Source of the DNA: the human T2T-CHM13v2.0 reference genome, Homo sapiens
Strand: one strand, 5' to 3'
Length of the DNA stretch: 64,000 bases
Assembly (NCBI RefSeq): GCF_009914755.1
Contig: NC_060935.1
The notes under the pieces are model-generated. The model made no database searches. It had not been told where the DNA came from and saw only the letters and a list, made by a program, of their open reading frames with translations. The translations under genes and the position numbers were made by a program. This document shows positions 27,400 through 37,384 of the stretch, piece after piece (position 1 is the stretch's first letter; every line of letters starts with the position of its first letter).

Positions 27400-27426
27400 C
27401 GTATGACTGTGACTTCTTTAACAAAG
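27400..27426 (+). CDS. OTOG: OTOG E13, 27-nt microexon ((P)YDCDFFNK), phase 1-1
   Basis: ttctctctctttcag| acceptor; AAG|gtaagc donor; matches mucin CPxxCDYYN. Confidence 0.9.
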
Positions 27427-29316
27427 GTAAGCCCCTCCTCCCCACGCAGAGTCTCAGGGGCTCAGGCACTGCCAGCCCTGTCCTGACGCCACACAGCATC
27501 AGCCATCCCGAGGCGCTGCTGGCCCTGGAAGAGCCGTGACCCGGAATGGGAGGGCCCCCATCATGCAGAGAGAGCCCTGACAGTGAAGGGCCCAGGGGTG
27601 TCCTGCACCTCTATCCTCAGCAGTTCCTGCAGCCCCTGTCCGGGGCCCAGGCAGGCCAGCTCCCGGGGACTGTGCTCGGCAGGGCAGCCCCACCAGGAAG
27701 GAAAAACCCCATTCTCACTTATGTGCCAGCTCCTCCGCCTTCATAATCTAGCTCATCAGGCCCACAGAACATCACCTTGGGTTCCCCGAAGATTAGCTTT
27801 TGGCAAAAGCAGACACAAACTGCCCTTTCTGACTATGGGTGGAACAAAACATGTGGCCTGCCACATTCATCTTCAAACTCAGCCAAGGTTGCAGGGTTCC
27901 GGGAGATGCTCTGACATTTAGATTAACGAGGGTGAAAACACAGGTCATAACCAAAGACCCAGGGGAGGTTAATGTCCAGTTTAGAGCCAATTCATCAATT
28001 TAATCACTGGGATTGGGTGGGTGGGGTAGAGAAGGGCTGCCCAGGAGTAGTTTTTAGCACCGAACTTCATCCAGTTGGGCCAGGGTCAGACCTTGGTAGA
28101 GTGAGATGCTCATCTGGTCCTCAGTGCTGTTCGCCTTTGACTTCCAATCCCCGACCCTCCTCCAGGGACTGTGCTGCCAGGAGCAGGCCTATGTGGGCAG
28201 AGGCCCAGACTTTTTGTCCTCAGTTGCCTGCATTATCAGATTTTGGCTTGACTGTGGTGGGTGAAGTGGAAAGGAGAGACTGGAGACAGGATACCATCTG
28301 GGGGCCTGCGAGATGACGGCCGGACCAGGGTGTAGCATGAGCATCCGCAGGACTGCAGTTCTGCCAAAATGCTAGTCCCCAGGGGCTCTTGACAGCCCCA
28401 GACCTTCAATTGGTAAAGGAATGAGCCTGCAATGGGGGAACTGTGGTCCCTGGGGCAGACAGGATCTGTCTGACATCAGGCAAGGCATTTCAGCAAGATG
28501 GAGCTGTTTCGTTTTCTCTCTTCCATGGCATTTTGGGTGGCAGTAACTGGCAAAGGACAAGCTGTTTCTAGCATCTTCCACCTACCCACCCACCCACTCA
28601 CCCATCCTTGCTCCGTTCTACTAGCATTTGCTCTGGTCCGGGCCCGCCAGGTGTTGGGAAGTCAGTGGTCCCTGAGTCCTGCCACAGCGGTGTGTGGAGC
28701 AGGCTCACGCCGCCTCTCTAGCACCTATTGTGTTTCTAACTCCACATTCAGTTGGTAGTTTCCAGTTGACCCCTGGTGGGAGTGTTTACGCCATGGAAAT
28801 CCAGAAGCCCTACAAACCACTTTTTTTTGTTTGAGATCTCATTGTTAGCCATTTGCCAGCACAGCCAGCACTGCTTGTCTCCCATCTAGTGGGGGTGACA
28901 GATGTGGGCCTCCCATCCAGATCCTCATCCGAAGAGCTGTAACTGGTGTGTGCCATGCTCCAAGAGCTGGTGGGGCACAGAGGAGGAGGGACAACATTTG
29001 CATGTGGCAGGAGAGGGTGCAGGGAGAGCTTCACAAGGAGGTGACATTTGAGCTGGGCCCCAGAGGTTGAGTAGGCGTTTGTCAGGCACAAAACGGGGAG
29101 GACTACTCTGAGTGGGTGGAACGGTGTGATGAGATGTGAGCTGGGAAATAACACCACTGCTCCTTCCAGGAAGAGCAAGAGAAGTTCAGCATGGCAGGAG
29201 CCAGGGCGTGGGGGGAGTGGGGGAGGTGGGCAGGGGCTGAGGGCTGAAGGGCTTCTGAATTCAAGCTGGGCTCTTTAGATTCTGTCCTGAGGGCCATGGA
29301 GAGCCACTGGTGCGTC

Positions 29317-29329
29317 CCACCAGGGGGCG
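29317..29329 (+). promoter_or_regulatory. Candidate CTCF motif CCACCAGGGGGCG
   Basis: Exact core consensus; occupancy unknown. Confidence 0.55.
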
Positions 29330-29938
29330 TGGCTGGGAGGGCAGCTCAGCAGCCGTGGGGAGGAGGCATTGGGGTGGGGGGTGGGCACAGCAGAGGCAGG
29401 AAGATCCTTACAAGGTGATTGTCCAGGAAGCCCATGCTCTGTGCCAACCTATACTGACAACCACAGGAATTCTAAAGACTCAACAGTGACACGTGTTTGA
29501 AATAATTAGATAAACACTAACAGGTTTATTGTCCCTCAGGCCTGGGGTGGGCAGAAACCGGGTCTGACGTCTTCTTCCAGAGGGGACCTTGAATAGAGCA
29601 GTGGCTGTAATGGTGAAGTTTCAGGCAGTGGGAAGGCTGTGGAGAGACAATGGGGGGCCCAGGTGCTCCCTGTGGGTCGCCTTCTTCCTTGGCTCCCTGT
29701 GAAGTGACTCAGGCACTGTGCAGTGGGTCTGTTCCTTTCAGGGGCTGGCAGCCTGGGAATCCTGTCCCTTCCTTCTCAGGGTCATCAAGGTCCCTGAGAT
29801 CTGGGATGAAGGACACCATCAAGAGTTCCTCCTTGGTAGCTTGCCCTCCCACCCCACTGCTGCCAAGGGGTGGGGCAGGAGGTATGGGAGGTGGGCAGGC
29901 CATGGGGCCAGGTTGCTGATGGGGCCTCTTCTCTCCAG

Positions 29939-30106
29939 TGCTAGGTAAGGGCCCCTATCAGCTATCCAGCTTGGCAGCCGGTGGTGCTCTGGTGGGCATG
30001 AAGGCGGTGGGCGATGACATAGTCCTAGTGAGGACAGAGGATGTGGCGCCAGCAGACATTGTGAGCTTCCTGCTGACAGCTGCTCTGTACAAGGCCAAGG
30101 CCCATG
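29939..30106 (+). CDS. OTOG: OTOG E14, AbfB-like domain part 1 (VLGKGPYQL...KAKAH), 168 nt, phase 1-1
   Basis: cttctctccag| acceptor; ATG|gtaagg donor. Confidence 0.92.
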
Positions 30107-33100
30107 GTAAGGCCCATCCCAGTCCCACTCCAGCTCTTCTGGGAGGCAGGAGGGTGCTAGAGGAGGGGAGGGTGCTGAGGCCCTAAGTATCTGTAGTGGC
30201 CGGAGAAATAGGGGCTCCGACAAGTGCCCCTCTCCCAGTTGAGATGGTGCTTCTGGGTCAGCTTCTTCTCCTCTGCAGAGATGCTCTCCATCTGCTCCCC
30301 TAACCGCCAGGGCAGCCAAGGCCCAGGTGTGCCTCTGTACCTTGCTGTATGCAATAGCTGTGTTCCAGAAAAGCCAAGTGGCAGCTCTCCCTCCTCATGC
30401 TCCTCCTCCTCCTTCCTCTCTTCCTATCTCACCCTCCCTCCCTCTCTCCCTTCTTCCCTCCTCTCTTCCCTTTCTCCCTCTACCTCTCTTCTTGCCTCCC
30501 ACCCTTTCACTGAGCCCTAATCCCATGCCAAGCACAGAGCCAGGTACTGGGAAATCAGGGATACAAGAGACAAGGTCCCTGCCCATCAGAAGCCCACAGT
30601 CCCATCGAGGAGACAGACGTGCCCAAAGGCGGAACACGGGGGAGGGGGCCCCCAACTCAGTCTTAGAGTCAGGAGAGCCTTGTTAAAATAGAGGATGTTC
30701 CCCTAAGAGTAAGAAGGAGTCAGGAAGGGAAACTTCTTTCTTACTTAGTAAGCTAAGCTCAGGATTTGGGACTTTATCCTGAGGGCAATGGGGAGCCATG
30801 GAAGGGCTTTGTGGAGGGGAAGGGACGTCCTGGCTCCTGCCCAGCCCCAGGCACAGCCAACATCCCTAGCTATAGGTGATGTTCACGGTGGTGTGAGCCT
30901 GGGTGAGGTAGGTGGTACCTGGCAGAATCACGTAGTTGCACAAGGAGGCCTGGGAGTGAGGAGTCAGGCACTGGGCCGCAGGACAGCTAGAAGCACCACC
31001 CCCAAAGACAGCACTTCCTCCCTAAACATTTCTGATCCCCAGATCCATGCATTCCTGCCTGACGAAGGGTGTCTCACCACCTTCCAGATGTGGCAGGCCA
31101 TCTGCTTAGTGAGGCTTTTCTGTTCTCCATCCAGTATTTTAATCTAGTAGGTAATGTGTAGTCCAGAGGGGGTGTTGCCTTTCCACTAGGTTTATGGGCA
31201 TGCTAAGCAGAACCCCGGAGTCACCTGGCCTTAGAGAACGTCACTGGGGGCAGGATGCCAGAGGGGCTCCAGTCCAGGCTCCGTCTCAGAGTCAGGCCTG
31301 GGTCTCATGGGCCCAGTGGGGACCCAAGCTCCTCCCTCTCCCTTCCCATACTGCTTCTCCTGGGCTGTGCCCAGGGTCCTGGGCAGCCAAGGAAAGGTGC
31401 CTTCCAGGTGGGACCTAGGGTGGCTGCATGGAGGAGGTGTCCCTTGAGTTGGGCCTTAACGGATGGGAAAGATGGTTATGCGAAGAAGTGGAGAGCAGGA
31501 AACATCACAGAGGGGAGGACTCAGCAGTCACTGAGGCCCAGGCTTCCCGCTCTGGGGAGTCACCACCACAGCCTGACACAGGTCACCGGGGTGCTAGTGT
31601 TACCTGAAGATTTTTGTGGTGGGGAGGTTACTTATTTATTAATAATCATACGTTGCCCTTCTGTAGGACTTCTCATGTGCCGGCACTGTTCTAAGCGCTT
31701 CATGTATAGCAACTCATTTAATCCTCATGACAATCTTAGGAGGTAGGGACTATTATTTTCCCAATCTACAGATGAGGGAACTGAGGCCCAGAGAGATTAA
31801 GTGATTTACCCAAGGGTGCAGTGCTTGTTAGTGACAGGCGCCAGCCGTTTGGCTCCAGAGTCTTTCATTCAAACTCCTCTGCCATGCTGCCTTCCAAACC
31901 GAGGCATTAAACAAGAAATACAGAGGATGGCAGGCGAAGTCACTCGAATATTTACAGTACAGCCCCGGACTCTGCATCTCAAGGTCTCTGCCCTGTTAGG
32001 AGGACTGCAGGGAAAACAGTGGAGAAGCCTTGATCCGGGCCAACCCCGCCTTCTTGAAGGAGGAAGCCAAGGCCCAGGGAGGAGAAGTGACTTGCCTGAG
32101 GTCACGCATCCAGTGGAGTGGGCTGGGGCTGGGACTCAGTGCCCTACCATGCTGGGCTGCCCATGCCCACGCCTGCATCCCATGGGTGGGGCCAGCCATG
32201 TGGTGGTGAAGATAGCTGGGCTCTGGTCTCAGCCTGCCTGCATCCAGCCCTGCCTCCCTCATCCGCCGTCAGTGTGACTCTGGGCCTCTCTTCCCTCCTC
32301 TGTAAAATGGGAATTGTAATATCACCACCTTTTAACCTCTCATAGAAATTTATTCTCTCTCCACCCCACAGCCCCCAGGATGGTGAGCTCCATGAGGGCA
32401 AGAATTTTCATCATTTTGCTCCCTATTGTGGCCTCAGTGCCTAGAACAGGGCCTGGCCCACAGCAGGCACTCAGTAAATATTTGCTGCTGAATGAAGATA
32501 TTTTTCACTTCACAGGGTTCTCGTAGGAATTTCAAAACCTGCAGGTAACCAGCTTGCTTAGCACAGTGCCTGGCACGTAGTGAGTCATGTGTAAACAGCA
32601 GCTGTGATTATTAACATGGATGAAGCCAGTCTCTGTTACCTGCCATCTTCTCGCAGCTTCCCAGGGAGGTGTGACAGGGACACTATCGTCCCTCCTGGGG
32701 ACACAGGGGACACATGGAAGGGGCTGAAGATGCACCCACCCAGCACCAGGCTGTGCCAGGCGCTTCACACACACCTCGTTGATGATCCCTCCAACAGCCC
32801 AGGCATGAATGCGCTTGCCCACATCACAGCCAGGGTGGTGAGCTGGGATTCCCGCCCCATGCTCACTCCCTGTGCCTGCTTGTGGATTTGGGACTTGAGG
32901 AGACCCATAAGGCCCTGGGCAGGGGAAACTGCCCACCAGGCATCAAGCCCCCATGCCCTAGAACTGGGCAGTTATGGAGACCAGAGAGAGAGGACAGAGA
33001 CAAGCTTTGGGTCTCTGGGCAAGCTCCTTTCTCTCTCTCTCTGGGACCCTCTCCCTATCTATGAGTTGGATGAAGGGTTGCCAATGCTGGCCCTGTGGAA

Positions 33101-33585
33101 TTCTGTGAGGAGCAGGACCAAGCTGGGGACCCTATAGCTTGGCAAATCACCAACCTTCAGCGTGCCCCACATGTCTAATGCAATGCAACCCCATCAGGGC
33201 AGTTGCCTCTATTGTATTCACTGATGGATCCTGGGTATCTAGAATAGTGCCTGGTACATTGAGGGCACTCAAACATGTTTGCAGAAGGAGGGAAGAATGG
33301 AAAGAGGGGTGCAAAGGGGAGGGAAGGAGATAGTTCAATTACCTTCCCGAGGCTTAGCAGCTGGGGGGTCTCTAAGCCTCCGCTCGCCCTCAGGCAGAGA
33401 TGGTGTGAGGGGCAGCTGGCAGGCAGAGTAGGTGGGCTGGGGGCTGGTGTAGGGGGCAGGGCCTGCTGGTCTGCAGGCGTGCTGCCATCCAGAGTCGCTG
33501 AGAGAGCAGATGTGTGCCAGGATGCTGTTCCCGCAGCCACCTGGACCTCTGCCTGTACTGACTCTCCCCATGTGGTTCTCTGCAG

Positions 33586-33864
33586 ACCCAGATGTGGTGT
33601 CCCTGGAGGCAGCAGACAGACCCAACTTCTTCCTTCACGTCACAGCCAACGGGTCTCTGGAGCTGGCTAAGTGGCAGGGCCGTGACACCTTCCAACAGCA
33701 TGCCTCCTTCTTGCTGCACCGGGGGACACGGCAGGCAGGCCTGGTGGCCCTGGAGTCCCTGGCCAAGCCCAGCTCCTTCCTCTATGTGTCGGGCCCGGTG
33801 CTGGCCCTGCGGCTGTACGAACACACAGAGGTGTTCCGCCGGGGCACACTCTTCCGCCTTCTGG
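33586..33864 (+). CDS. OTOG: OTOG E15, AbfB-like domain part 2 ([17 protein letters not shown]...FRLL), 279 nt, phase 1-1
   Basis: ttctctgcag| acceptor; G|gtaggc donor; repeated VxLExxxxPxxFL beta-trefoil motif. Confidence 0.94.
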
Positions 33865-35759
33865 GTAGGCGACCCCCTGCCATTGCCCTCGGCCCTTTGG
33901 CCCTCTCAGTCCACTGCTCTTCCCACCCTGTCCCCACTTCACCCTTCCAATTACCCCTAAGAAGCAGAATCCTCCTTCTCCTGGCACAGGGGCCACATGG
34001 GTGCCACCCTGAGATGAGAGGTGGCCCAGCCTCCATGTTGACAGCTTAGGGAGCCACGGACAGTGTGCTTGGGGTCCAGCCAATTTCCTGGGTCCTGCCT
34101 TCTGCCACAGGCCAATTACACTGTCTAAAAATATAGCAGCCTTTGTGGAAGTGAGGGGAGGTGTGATCCTGGCTGCAACATGCGTAGCCGCTGGCTCAGT
34201 TTTCTTGCTGATGAGGTCACATGTCTGCCCCATGAGTTCAAAGACTGCACAAGGGGGATAGGTCTGGGGGCCAGCAACCTCCTCTCTCAATGGAAGGCCC
34301 AAGCCCCTGGACAGGGATGGGGCAACTCCCCGACCTTCCACCAACGCCAAGGGGATCCAGGGCCTGCCCTGCCAGGTGTGTCTGTCCCCAAAATATTGTT
34401 CTCTGCCTAAACCCTGGAGAAGGCGATCATAATTTCTTCACTGTTTTCTCTGTCTTGCATGGGGCTTGGGGGTACCTGTGTCTGTGGGTGGATCCATTTG
34501 CATGTACACGTATGTAAATGTGTCTTCAGCCAGCCTCCTTATTTCATCACCCACCCCACCCAAGCCAGGGCTGGGTGAGCTCATTCTTCCCTTCAGCGGT
34601 CAGTTATCGAGTCTGCCCTTAAACTTGACATGGGACAGATTTATCACTGGCCATGATGACAAGACTTGCTCATGATGGGAGTATTTGTGTCCCTCTCCGG
34701 AAGACACTAGGGCAGAGTGGCATGAGCCCAGGCTTTGAAGCTGGACAGCCTTGAGTTCAAATCCTGACCCTGGTCCTAGACCCTTGGAGGAGAACCCTCA
34801 TCTCCTTGACTTGGTTTCTTCACCTGTAGAATGGGGATATTTGTCTCGGAAGTGTGCTGTGAGGACTGGCTGTGTCTCGCGGGCTTTGCCTTGTGCTGGC
34901 ACATAGTAGGTGCTCCCCAAATGTAAGTTAGACTTTTGGAAAAGCAGGTTTCTTTACAGCTGGCAGCAGTGTTCAGGTTAGGGCGTCTGGAGGAGCTGCC
35001 GGTGGGGGATGCTCCCTGGAGCCTGCTTCGGAGCCTACCCACACCTCCCTGTTCAGGCTGTGTGTTCAGAAACTGGTCACTTGTGCCAAGGTAGCCTGGG
35101 GTCTACTTGTCTGCCTCCAAGCCCCCCATAGGCTGCAGACTTTTCCCTCATTTGCCAAGGTGCTAGCCACAGGGCCTCTTTTGAGAACATCTCCTCTGAA
35201 AACCTTTCACTTTCTCAGCATCATCTGTGCCTGGGTTTCCTCTTCTCTAAAGTGGGGGTAATAATAGCGCCTACTTCCTAGGACGATGATGAGGTTGAAT
35301 GAGTAAATCCGTGTGAGATATTTTGGGTAGCGCCCAGTGCTGTTTAAGAGTTAGCCCAGCCGCCAGGGCAGTGAGGGTGGTGCTCACACGACCTGCACTC
35401 TCAGGCCCTTCAGGGGCCCTCTGGGAACAGAGAGGGCTGAGTCGGGGGAATAACACCTCCCTTGCAAGCTCTCTGGGGCTAGGTGCCCAGGAACGCTTTG
35501 GGCTAGAGGGGAAGGGATCCCCCAGTGCCTCCCCTCACCCTGCAAAGGAGAGCCTCTTGCCTCCATGGAGGTCTGCAATAGCCCTGCTAGAGACAAGGCA
35601 AGGAGGAGGTTACTGTGTCCTGGGATGCAGGGCAAGCCTGAGCACCAGGGTCCCAGAGGGGCAGGGTGGGTGGCAGGGCATCCCAAGGGAGAGATCAGGG
35701 GTCCAGGCCTCTTCTTCGGTCACCCTTCGAAACCTCACTCCAACTGCCGGGGCCAGAGC

Positions 35760-35810
35760 TTCCCTGTCCTCAGTTCTTCCCTGTCCTCAGTCCTTCCCTG
35801 TCCTCAGTCC
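35760..35810. repeat. 17-bp minisatellite ttccctgtcctcagtyc x3
   Basis: Direct reading. Confidence 0.9.
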
Positions 35811-36025
35811 TGCATTCAGCTCCCAGAGCCCCGTCCCCAGGATCCCCCAGGCACTCACCCCAACCACCATGAACGCAGTTTCTCCTTAGTGTGGTTTTTT
35901 TCCCCATTTGCTTTCCCTGCATGGGTCCATTTGTCCCCTCCACAGGATGGGGGGCAGGGCTGAGCTCTGGGACTCCCTCTGTGTCTTCACCTGACCCAGA
36001 GTTGCTGCCCCATCTCACTTTCTAG

Positions 36026-36143
36026 ATGCCAAGCCCTCGGGGGCTGCCTACCCCATCTGCGAGTGGCGCTACGATGCCTGTGCCAGCCCCTGCTTCCAAA
36101 CCTGCCGGGACCCACGGGCAGCCAGCTGCCGGGACGTACCCAG
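36026..36143 (+). CDS. OTOG: OTOG E16, TIL3 (DAKPSG...CEWRYDAC...DVPR), 118 nt, phase 1-2
   Basis: cactttctag| acceptor; AG|gtgaga donor. Confidence 0.94.
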
Positions 36144-36177
36144 GTGAGATGCCAGGGGCTGTGGGCATGGAGCCAAG

Positions 36178-36770
36178 GTGTGTGCACTAGTGTGTGTGTG
36201 CACTCACATACACTTGTGTATGAGTGTTTCATATGTTGAGTGTATGGGGATGTGTGTACCACGGTAACTGTGTCTTTCCGTATATGCACATATGTCAGCA
36301 TATGTGACTATCTATTTGTGCATGATGTGCATGCAGCAGAGCCTTGCGTGTGTTTGTGCGTGTACTACTACAACTGTGCATTCGTTGTACACAGCTGCAT
36401 GTATGCAGGTGTTGTGTGCAGCTGTGTGCATGTGTGAGGGTGTATTCACTGATTTTTGTGGGAGTCTCTGTGGATGTGTTTGCATGTATATGTAAAAATT
36501 TTGGAGTCCTGCAGGGTTGGAGGGGGTACATGAGGCCATGTGAGAATGTGCCCAGGCAGAGACACATGTGAACATGTACATGAGTGTGTGCAGAAGTGTA
36601 CCTTGCTCGTGTGTGTGTTTCCCTCTCGGTCTGAGGGGTAGAAGTGTGCAGGAGTGTGCCGCATACACATTGGGTGTGTGTGCTCCTGTACATGTGTGAC
36701 AGCATCTCTATGGAGGGTCATGTGTGTGTACACGTAATAAGCACATGTGTGCACGCACATGTGTCATAAG
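36178..36770. repeat. Degenerate TG/CA alternating tract filling most of the E16-E17 intron
   Basis: Direct reading. Confidence 0.85.
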
Positions 36771-36859
36771 AAAGGATAAGGCCTGTGCTCAATCGAGAGA
36801 AAAAGAGATGGCCCTGCCTGTATTTCAGGCCTTTAAACTGCTCCCTGCTCTGTCCTCAG

Positions 36860-36939
36860 GGTAGAAGGCTGTGTCCCTGTGTGCCCCACCCCCCAGGTCC
36901 TGGATGAAGTCACACAGAGATGTGTCTACTTGGAGGACT
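36860..36939 (+). CDS. OTOG: OTOG E17 (VEGCVPVC...YLED), 80 nt, phase 2-1
   Basis: ctgtcctcag| acceptor; T|gtaagt donor. Confidence 0.94.
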
Positions 36940-37384
36940 GTAAGTGGCCCAGACTTCTCATCCTTCCCTCAGATTTCCTCTAAGTCCCTAGGGTCTCACT
37001 GAGCAGTCATGCCTCAAAGCTCCCAGGTCCCAGAGAAGCAAGATCAGCACAGGGACCTTTGGAAAGAGGCACAGGCACAGGGGATGCAGAGGCCTCATCC
37101 GGTCTATTCGCCCCATTTCACAGAGAGGAGAAATGAGGCCCAGAGTGGGGTCACATGGTGAGAAGGTGGTGCAGCCAGACTTAGACCTGAGGTCTCTTGG
37201 TTCTGGGGTCAGGGTCTGACGTCTGGGGCGGAGTCCAGACCTGCTGACATCTGGCCGTTAGAAGCTGCCCTCATCCCATCACCGAGAGTGCCAGTCCTCA
37301 AGCCTCACACCACAGCCCTGCCCAGCAATGACCCCCGGGGCAGCAGTCACCCCGCCTTCTGAACCTCTTCTTTTGTCTCCGCAG

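Noticed and set aside
29939-33864. AbfB domain as recent horizontal transfer or contamination
   Set aside because: Encoded by spliced, phase-matched exons with MIR/L2-containing introns, and a known part of vertebrate otogelins.
34045-34068. REST/RE1-like ccacggacag
   Set aside because: Only the right half-site; the TTCAGCA half is absent.
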